DNA of 64,000 nucleotides, from assembly GCA_964016885.1 (NCBI GenBank), contig OZ024747.1, forward strand, positions 17,732,001 to 17,796,000, in the 5' to 3' direction. The notes under the pieces are model-generated. The model was not told where the DNA came from, did not search any database, and saw only the letters and a list, made by a program, of their open reading frames with translations. Below, one piece after another: positions 54,922 through 64,000 of this stretch. The position numbers and the translations under genes are program-made. This DNA comes from Eledone cirrhosa. Lineage: Eukaryota. Position 1 is the first letter of the stretch. The number at the start of each line of letters is the position of its first letter.

Positions 54922-57042
54922 CTATCCGTTAGGGTATAACGTGGGGCTGTAATACAGGAAAGTTTTGTGTAATTTATGTTTACAAGCCGAAATTGCCTCA
55001 GATTTTTTGTTTAAGATGTGGTCTGTGGCGTAGAGTATTTCCAGGGCCTCAGCGGCGCAGAGGTCACATGGTCTTTTATTTCCATTATACGATCTAGCCC
55101 TAGCTAGGATCTCCCAGTGTAACTTATATTGGGTGTGGTTGTCTTTTAGACTCCAGATATAAGCTGAAAGTGACGTCATATTCCTTCTTAGAGGGTAACG
55201 AAAAGAATGGGTATGCATGTAAAGACGCTGCTTGAAACTATTGGCGGTTAACCCTATGTAGGCCCTACGGGACGTGGGTGTTACAACCTTACATTTGTAG
55301 ACAATGTTACTAGAGAGGCATTTCCCGGATAGGGGACAATCAGCCTGATTCCTACAATTACAGTTAGTACTAACTACAGGGTTGCACGTGTTCCTACGGC
55401 TAGGTATTTTAGCTAAATTTGAAGCTGTGATGTTATGTGCAAGGTTAGGAGTCGTTGAGTAAGAAATTTTAATAGTGTTTCTATTAAAAATTTTACTATA
55501 TTTATGTGTAGGGGGAAAATGCTTCGTAATAAGGGAAAGAAAGATCTTAGCTAATAGTGTGGCCACCTCCATATTATATGGTGGGTTAAACCAACAAATG
55601 CGACGGGATCTATTTCTTCTAGGTCTATTCTCGTACTCTGTATATGCTACCTTATCGACAAATCCACTTCGAGCAAGAGCTTCATTGTAATAAGTGGAAT
55701 GGTCGTTGAAAATGCGCTCGTTGGTGGAAAGACGGGAAAGCCTCAACGAAACGTTTTTTACCAGGTTCTTGGTTATGCTGGCAGGATGGTTGGAATGCTT
55801 ACTTATGTAATTAAGCGTATCATTCGGCTTTCTATACGGGTAATGCAACCCATTCAATAAATTGAGGGTAACGTCGAGGTAATTAACGACCGAGAGATTG
55901 GCCTCAACCTGTATAGAGAGGTTGAAGCCTTTAAAGAAGGCTGTGAGTTCTTTTCTGAATCTGTCGCAAGCACGAGGTCCGCACTTAGTCATGGTCAAAA
56001 GGCCATCGTCACGGTACAAACCACCGCCCGCGTTGGGGAATTCGTCCTTGATAGAGAAAAGAAGGAAAAGGCCAATAAGATCAGTAACCTCCGCAGAGTC
56101 ACTGGCGCCCATACTCACGTCGAATGGGGTACTATTGGATTTTTTAATCCAAATAGAATCGTCGAAATTAATCACCGACTTTCGGGCATTAAGGATAACA
56201 TCAACTTCGAAATCCTTAACCACTGTGAGTCTTTTAGCGAAATTGATAGCTCTAAGGAGAAGTGGTAAAGTGATGGAGGAGTAGTAATTGTTGATGTCGA
56301 ATTGGATAAAACGGCAATGTTCCTTGTTACATATGCCATTGAACCAATCAATCACCGCGAAAGAATTGTTCCACAGTGCGAGAGGGGCCAAATTTCTAAT
56401 TTCAGGTACAAGAATCGTTTTACTAAGTCTACCTAAATCGGACTTCGTAGGGTTAATAAGCCGAATAGAGGGGTTGTTCGGAAAATTGGATTTGTGGTCC
56501 TTCAGGGTAAAGTGGGGAGAGATAGGGTCCAGGGGTTCGGTCCGGTCCAGGATGTTGAGATCAGATGTGATTTTAAACCCAGCATCGTTGATTTCATTGA
56601 TGACACACCGATTAGTTTTACGGTAATCCTTAGTTACAGCATTATGTAGTAGTTGATGGTAAGTACTGCGCTCCACTTGATATAGGTTGCCAGTTTTGTC
56701 GGAATGGACGTGCACGGCGTTCGAATCCTTAATAGAACGAATTCTATTCTTCAGGTCTTGCTGGAAGGAATTGCTCCTATTCCGAAATTTGATACTCCGA
56801 ATGAGTTCCAAGACATCATTTTCGAAGGGTAGCAATGCTGGGTTCCACGGAGGGTTATTATAGGTTTTAAATCCAAATTTGTCCTGCTTGTTGTCTGCTT
56901 TTCGCGGATTATCGAAATAAAAGGCACGCCAACGCAACCTTTTAATGAACGCGTCTGTTTTCTGTATCAGGAGTTTTAGGTATGTTTTCCTGCTTGGTAC
57001 GGGTATGTTCTTTGTAGAAATATTCAGATGTTGTTTCTGCAT
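54922..57042 (-). CDS. Penelope-like RT + GIY-YIG endonuclease, 706 aa
   Basis: Uninterrupted ORF with SDKT, FDINNYY (motif A), MGASDS, YRDDG, YLDV, YRKP, HSNHP, CNCRNQADCP and IVY..YIGLT..FKQR. Confidence 0.93.
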   Translation of the reverse strand: MQKQHLNISTKNIPVPSRKTYLKLLIQKTDAFIKRLRWRAFYFDNPRKADNKQDKFGFKTYNNPPWNPALLPFENDVLELIRSIKFRNRSNSFQQDLKNRIRSIKDSNAVHVHSDKTGNLYQVERSTYHQLLHNAVTKDYRKTNRCVINEINDAGFKITSDLNILDRTEPLDPISPHFTLKDHKSNFPNNPSIRLINPTKSDLGRLSKTILVPEIRNLAPLALWNNSFAVIDWFNGICNKEHCRFIQFDINNYYSSITLPLLLRAINFAKRLTVVKDFEVDVILNARKSVINFDDSIWIKKSNSTPFDVSMGASDSAEVTDLIGLFLLFSIKDEFPNAGGGLYRDDGLLTMTKCGPRACDRFRKELTAFFKGFNLSIQVEANLSVVNYLDVTLNLLNGLHYPYRKPNDTLNYISKHSNHPASITKNLVKNVSLRLSRLSTNERIFNDHSTYYNEALARSGFVDKVAYTEYENRPRRNRSRRICWFNPPYNMEVATLLAKIFLSLITKHFPPTHKYSKIFNRNTIKISYSTTPNLAHNITASNLAKIPSRRNTCNPVVSTNCNCRNQADCPLSGKCLSSNIVYKCKVVTPTSRRAYIGLTANSFKQRLYMHTHSFRYPLRRNMTSLSAYIWSLKDNHTQYKLHWEILARARSYNGNKRPCDLCAAEALEILYATDHILNKKSEAISACKHKLHKTFLYYSPTLYPNG

Positions 57043-57176
57043 GATGAATATAAGTCAGTAGAGTGCTCAACCGAAGGAGCCAAATAGTAATAATAATGAA
57101 ATTGAAGACTAAAATCCAGAGAGGGCTCGATAAGGAAAATATATATCAAATATATAAGAACCGAAGAGCAAATATT

Positions 57177-57666
57177 TATTAAAATAACAGATTAAAGTTT
57201 AAGCAAAGAGTCGCTGCTTTCACCCTTAACGGGATCTTCTGAAACTAACAAAGTCAATCTGTAAACGCAGAACTGGATATTTCAAAAAACGTTGCAACCG
57301 GAGGAAGACAGGAAGACGATACTTTGGTTCATGGTGACGTTCGCTGACAAAGAACGGGAAAAAACGAATAATACGTCATTAATAGGAGCGGTGAAAAACA
57401 ATTACGTGCAAGGACAGAACCACGTTTATGGTATAAAAGAGATCGTAGACTAATGTTCTCTAAGTGGTGCATAGAGACGTTCTCTGGCAATGAACGAAAA
57501 AACGAAGATAATAAGTCATATGTGGAGCGTGGAGAACAATAGCGTGCAAAGACAAAACCACGTAAATGGTATAGCAGAAGTCGTAGACTAAAATTCTAAC
57601 TAGGAGACCGAATGAATCTCCGCTACAGAGTTAAGAACAAAGTAAATAAATACAATACAGAAGTAA
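57177..57666 (-). repeat. 5' pseudo-LTR
   Basis: Direct repeat of 53927-54416. Confidence 0.92.
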
Positions 57667-57916
57667 CGTCACCATGAACCAAAGTATCGTCTTCCTGTCT
57701 TCCTCCGGTTGCAACGTTTTTTGAAATATCCAGTTCTGCGTTTACAGATTGACTTTGTTAGTTTCAGAACATCCCGTTAAGGGTGAAAGCAGCGATTCTT
57801 TGCTTAAACTTTAATCTGTTATTTTAATAAATATTTGCTCTTCGGTTCTTATATATTTGATATATATTTTCCTTATCGAGCCCTCTCTGGATTTTAGTCT
57901 TCAATTTCATTATTAT

Positions 57917-57922
<6 letters not shown>
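57665..57922 (+). repeat. Inverted partial pLTR plus tail
   Basis: Reverse complement of 57084-57341. Confidence 0.92.
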
Positions 57923-58012
<90 letters not shown>

Positions 58013-58021
58013 GTATATATA

Positions 58022-58056
<35 letters not shown>

Positions 58057-58058
<2 letters not shown>

Positions 58059-58264
58059 AACGAGTAGGACCCCGACGGCTGAGCTCAAGCCGTTTCGACG
58101 GCTAATTCTGGACTAATTTCGGCGGCTAATTCTGGACAAGCCATCGAAACGGCTTGAGCTCAGCCGTCGGGGTCCTACTCGTTCCTATTACCCACTCTAC
58201 TACCCTAAGTATTGAGTACTTTGGTGCGTTATGGTCCATCTGGTTCCTTACCACATTTCCTTCG

Positions 58265-58266
<2 letters not shown>
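58057..58266. mobile_element. Family A palindromic element
   Basis: Short arm left, long arm right; another short fragment at 58334-58383. Confidence 0.85.
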
Positions 58267-58298
<32 letters not shown>

Positions 58299-58381
58299 AT
58301 TAAATATGGTTTTGTAGTATGTAGCATGTTCTCATTAGCCGTCGAAACGGCTTGAGCTCAGCCGTCAGGGTCCTACTCGTT

Positions 58382-58410
<29 letters not shown>

Positions 58411-58418
<8 letters not shown>

Positions 58419-58928
58419 ATACTTTGGGAGGGTCATGTTGCCAATAAAAAAAGACACGCACAGGTTGCTTTTACTTCAATTTATTATAATAAATTTAGAA
58501 ATTTAGAAATTTATAAATTTCCGATTGGTTGGTTGGTTCCACAACCAGATGATTGTTTATATATTGTCAAAGTTCTTTCGTCACACATTCTGTGACCTCT
58601 TCAGTGACTGGGGATTCTTTTCTTTGTTTTTGTGCCTATCCTTTGTTCTGTCTTACGCCATCTTGTTTTTGAATCCCCAGTCACTGAAGAGGTCACAGAA
58701 TGTGTGACGAAAGAACTTTGACAATATATAAACAATCATCTGGTTGTGGAACCAACCAACCAACCGGAAATTTATAAATTCCTAAATTTATTAATTTATT
58801 ATAATAAAGTGAAGTGAAAGCAACTGGTGCGTGTGTTTCTTATTGGCAACATGACCCTCCCAAAGTATAACAATATCGGTTTCAACACACGTTTTCAGAT
58901 AAAGAATCTTGCTAAACAAATTCAGAAA

Positions 58929-58930
<2 letters not shown>
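58411..58930. mobile_element. TA-embedded palindrome (family F) with hammerhead-like motif
   Basis: ~205-bp arms 58411-58617 / 58671-58876 plus a ~54-bp tail. Confidence 0.75.
58680..58722 (+). ncRNA. Minimal type I hammerhead ribozyme-like motif
   Basis: GTCA-CTGAAGA-G-GTCACA-GAATG-TGTGAC-GAAA-GAAC-TT-TGAC: stem I GTCA/TGAC, stem II 6 bp, conserved core. Confidence 0.55.
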
Positions 58931-58998
<68 letters not shown>

Positions 58999-59226
58999 GA
59001 AATGATAAAGATTTGAAAAAAAGCACCTATGATTTTTTTTATTTTATATACATGTCACGTTTATAGTATACATCGAAAAAAATGTTTACATGAAAATGAA
59101 TAGTTTTTGTACTTTTTTACTTGACCAGTTTCGCTTAAAACATCTTTTGAAAAGTTTCTCATGTTTAATTTACTAGTTTTATACATATATATGCACATAG
59201 ACACACACACATGGATAAATATACAC

Positions 59227-59264
<38 letters not shown>

Positions 59265-59349
59265 CTGTGTGTCTATATATGTGTGTCTGTGTCTGTATGT
59301 CTGTGTGTGTGTCTGTGTGTGTGTGTGTGTGTGTTTAATTCCCAGAATG

Positions 59350-59668
59350 TTGTTGTAACCTTGGATTTACAATCGGGAGTTGTAAGTTCGATTCCCGGAC
59401 CAGGCGGTGAGTTGTGTCCTTGAGCAAGACACTTTATTTCACGTTGTTCCAGTTCACTCAGCTGCAAAAATGCGACGTCACTGGTGTCAAGTTGTATCGG
59501 CCTTTGTCTTTCCATTGGTTGAAATCGGTCACGTGGAGACTGGTGTGTATAGGCGATTAATGGTCTTCCACAAAAGCACCTCACCCAATCTTGCGCCACG
59601 GGTGTGCGGGAGAACTTTCTAGGTGCAAAACCGAAGGTCATTCGTGACCGAAAGAGGCCTTTACCCGT
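59350..59668 (+). mobile_element. CORE-like SINE (family B)
   Basis: GTTCGATTCCC B-box, TGTCCTTGAGCAAGACACTTTATTTCAC core. Confidence 0.8.
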
Positions 59669-59678
59669 TATATATATA

Positions 59679-59762
<84 letters not shown>

Positions 59763-59801
59763 TATATATATAACGGGTAAAGGCCTCTTTACCGGTTATA
59801 T

Positions 59802-59990
59802 AACGAAGGAATTGTGGTAAGGAACCAGATGGACCATAACGCACCAAAGTACTCAATACTTAGGGTAGTAGAGTGAGTAATAGGAACAAGTATGACCCCG
59901 ACGGCAGAGCTCAAGCCGTTTCGACGGCTATTTCAGTCCAGAAATAGCCGTCGAAACGGCTTGAGATCTGCCGTCGGGGTCATACTTGTT

Positions 59991-59992
<2 letters not shown>
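59802..59992. mobile_element. Family A palindromic element
   Basis: Long arm left, short inverted arm right; (TA)n flank. Confidence 0.85.
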
Positions 59993-60055
<63 letters not shown>

Positions 60056-61052
60056 GTGCCAGAATCCGTTAGAATATAAAGTTTGTGCATGTTCTAACTA
60101 TATATATAATACTTCAACACTAAATTTGTGAAAATTATTCGAATTTTGCTGTGACTTATCGTCGTGATTCTCTCTCCCATATATATTTCCTTAAAACTGA
60201 TATTGTTTTTCACATCGCCAACTAACCATATAGCATTTAGTTGTTTATCCCCTGCTGATCAAAAGTCTATCAACTGTTTTCATGTTTTCAGTTATTGTGT
60301 ATATTTGTACATCATATATGGTATTATTCTTGTTTATAATTGTCGTCTATGATTTAATGGAAAATTGACTGCCATTTTAAAGTAGTTGAAGCAACTGCAT
60401 GAAAACTCCTTCATTGGCTCGTTTATAGTATGTTGAGTGCATCTATACTGTGTACATGCTTAATAAAAGGTTTGCTGGAAAAATACATTGTAAACAAAAT
60501 GATAGACAAAGGATTTATTTTATTCTGATAAATTTTGTTGAAAACAATACTTCTGACTGAAATTGGTTTAGTAATTGAGCGAATTCCTTTGTAAGCTATG
60601 AAATCAGTCAAGTAAACGAGCTGAAAATAAACACTTGTAAATTATATTTAGATAGTTGTAGAAGGTATAATATAGTTGGATTGCCTGATCATTAGAAATG
60701 TTATTGATGGACATAAAATAAACATTCAGACACTTCACTTTTGTATTAAAAAGTGTTTTACTGCGAGAACTCTTTAACTCTTTAAGTGGTATTTATATAA
60801 TTATTATTTAAATAAAATGTGAAATGTGTGCGACTCAAGATAAATGGTTGTAATAATAGTCGATAGATCACGATAAATAGTATTTGAGAAAATTGAGTAG
60901 AAAAACTAGATAGTGTCACCTTTCAACCGCTTTGATTAAATAATTATTCTAATTGATTACTTTTAAAATAATTCAGACACGTAGGGAAGAATACATGAAT
61001 ACATGGAAGAATACGTTATTGCTTTGAACCGTTTCCGTTTCACAATTCAAAA

Positions 61053-61298
61053 GAGGGTTACAGCCCTGAAAACAAGAGGATAGTTGATAGACCTTCTGAG
61101 TTCAAATCCCGCCGGAGTTAACTTTGCCTTCCAGAAGAGGGTTACAGCCCTGAAAACAAGAGGATAGTTGATAGACCTTCTGAGTTCAAATCCCGCCGGA
61201 GTTAACTTTGCCTTCCATCTTTATGGGGTCGATAAAATAAAGCACCAGTAATACACTGTTTAATTGCTGGCCTTTTGCCAAAAGTAGAAGCAATTATT
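61053..61298 (+). repeat. ~82-bp tandem duplication running into a family C SINE
   Basis: AAGAGGGTTACAGCCCTG...CTTTGCCTTCCA occurs twice. Confidence 0.85.
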
Positions 61299-62439
61299 TA
61301 ATGCGACCTTGCATGTTTTTAAGTAGGGTGCAATTTGAGTGAGATTAGGCTGCTATATTGGGGAGTGCAAAAAGTTTGGTGTTCAATATACCTAGTTTCG
61401 TCGATCACTCTCCCAACCACCTCACTTACATTCTTGTTTTTTTTTCTTCTGTCTCTTTAGATTCTGAGTTCAATTCCCGCCGAGATCAACTTTTTGGGAT
61501 CAATAAAATTGACTTTCGCCTTTTTCAATATTACTGGCCTTGTGCCGATGTTTGAAACTACATTTTGTATCATCTCTCATTTAACGATAACATTTGATGA
61601 AATCATCACCAATCCTTATCTCTAGCATCTTTAATATTCAAATGAAATGTTGATTTCTAATTTAGGCACAAGGCCAGCAAATCTTGGTGGAAGGGCAAAG
61701 TTGACCCATACTTTATTGTACCGACACCGGAAGGATGGCAGGAAAAGTAGACTGCAGCAAGATTTGAACTCAGAATGGGAAGAAATAGAACGAATACTGC
61801 AATTATATTTGATCATACGCTCTACCAATTCTGCCAATCCAATACGATATTTAGAAGAAATATCAAAATGTAACGAATAGATATAAAACAATCAACAAAA
61901 ATAAAACAAAACAGAGAAAAAATAGTGTGAATGTAGGAAATAGGGTTTTAATGATGCATTATATTAGAGATTCTTTTTTATTTTTCGATTTATCCAGCAG
62001 CACCTTTTACTTCATAATGTTTTCATTTTATTTTACTTTTCGAGGAAAACTTTCGACGTTTAAAGAAAGGCTTCCCGTGCAATTAACACTATAGCTTTTA
62101 ACATTCTAATAAAATAATATATTTCTGTATTTCAGATATAATTTGGCTTCAGTTTTGAATATATGCTATAAATATATTCTAAATAGAATATAGAATACAG
62201 GGTGTTCTTAAAATCTGTTGAGGGTTCACAACGAGAAAAAATATATTTTAGAAGAAGAGTATTAGTTCGCAAGCATTGACTGGTAGTGGGTTGTTTATGT
62301 CAATTTACCTCAAAATTTATGAATATATTATGTAGGAATTAGCTATTCGTTCCGGCTCTCAGCCCTCTCATTTCAAATCACAACGAAGTCAACTTTGCCT
62401 TTCATCCTTTTGAGATTAATATTATTGTTTGTTTTTTTG

Positions 62440-63070
62440 GGGGCACAAGGCCAGAAATTACCCAGTACATTACTGGTACTTTATTTTATCGACGCCGTAA
62501 GGATGAAAGGCAAAGTTAACCTCGGCGGGATTTGAACTCAATCCGTAAAGGGACGTGACTCTATGCTGGAAAGCATGGCGTCTGACTCTCTACCGATACT
62601 GCCAATCCACCGCCCTCAATATAATGATTTCTAATATAGGGACAAGGCCAGCAATTTTGGGGAAGGGGGAAGTCAATTAAATCGACACTAGTGCGTGTCT
62701 GGTACTTTATTTTATCGACCCCGTAAGTATGCAAGACAAACTTAGATCATAAAGGGCTGTAACTCTATGCTGCAAAGCATGGCACCCGACCCTCTGCCGA
62801 TACTGCCAATTCACTGCCCTTTCGGGGATCAATATAATACTATCAGTTTATAACTGGGTATGACTATCACTTCCTCGGCGTTGGATTGGCAGTATCGGTA
62901 GAGGGTCGGACGCTATGCTTTGCAGCACAGAGTTACGCCCCTTTATGATCTGAGTTCAAATCCCGCCAAGGTTAACTTTGCCTTTCATCCTTACGGGGTC
63001 GATAAAATAAAGTACCTGTAATGAACTGGGTTATTTGCTGGCCTTGTGCCAAAACTAGAAACAATTATCA
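62440..63070. mobile_element. Cluster of three family C SINEs (two minus, one plus)
   Basis: Consensus matches at about 62440-62615, 62625-62820 and 62878-63070. Confidence 0.85.
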
Positions 63071-63369
63071 CTTCCTCTCTTTTATTCTCACTTCTCTCTT
63101 CCTCTGGTATTGTTTCGACGGATGTCGACGAAACAACACGACACGTTCGGCTGTCCCCCTTTATCAAGAATTTTTTTTTTTCTTTCGAGGTAGTTTTTGA
63201 ATTTTTTTTTAATTTTAAGATTTTTTAAGGAACTTTCAATGTTTTCATGTATGTATAGGTTTTGCCGTCTGAAGAGCTATCTTGAGTGATAGTCCTCAGT
63301 GAAATATGCATAACAGAGCTTTCAATAAACCTGAATCAACTGATTATGGCCTCCGATCATTTAATAATG

Positions 63370-63511
<142 letters not shown>

Positions 63512-63544
63512 TGAGTATGTATACATACATATATATATATATAG

Positions 63545-63610
<66 letters not shown>

Positions 63611-63694
63611 CGTGTGTATGTATCCATATATATATATATATGTGTACATATATATATATATCTGTGAGTGTGCGTGTGTATGTATACATATATA

Positions 63695-63751
<57 letters not shown>

Positions 63752-63804
63752 GTGTGTGTGCGTGTGTATGTATACAAATATATATATGTGTACATATATA
63801 TATG

Positions 63805-63845
<41 letters not shown>

Positions 63846-63860
63846 TATATAATATATATA

Positions 63861-64000
<140 letters not shown>

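Larger units (their letters stand above)
53927..57922 (-). mobile_element. Apparently intact Penelope-like element (Naiad-type) inserted in (TA)n
   Basis: Single ORF; direct pLTRs 53927-54416 and 57177-57666; inverted copy 57665-57922 of 57084-57341; long (TA)n on both sides. Confidence 0.93.

Noticed and set aside
55475-56626. Plus-strand ORFs of 71-128 aa
   Set aside because: Antisense shadows of the PLE ORF
54922-57042. Selenoprotein-type Naiad
   Set aside because: The ORF has no in-frame TGA

Overview
AT-rich, microsatellite-saturated metazoan DNA. The (TA)n/(CA)n/(TACA)n density and the SINE families suggest an octopod or other cephalopod genome (inference). No host protein-coding gene can be supported, and almost all short ORFs are simple-repeat artefacts. 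The window is mostly mobile DNA. It holds one apparently intact ~4 kb Penelope-like element (706-aa RT + C-terminal GIY-YIG, Naiad-type DKT and CxCx5C motifs, direct and inverted pseudo-LTRs, inserted in (TA)n). It also holds a frameshifted L1/Tx1-like LINE, R4/Dong-like REL-endonuclease LINE fragments and RTE fragments in (TACA)n, an internally deleted mariner, two hAT MITEs in a minisatellite, two non-autonomous Helitrons and two tRNA-SINE families. The most striking pattern is over a dozen asymmetric palindromes from at least seven families, embedded in (TA)n tracts. Their layout (short arm, loop, long arm with tail) matches the inverted pLTR of the intact Penelope element. Several carry minimal or variant hammerhead-like cores, and two appear to have copied neighbouring genomic DNA during insertion.
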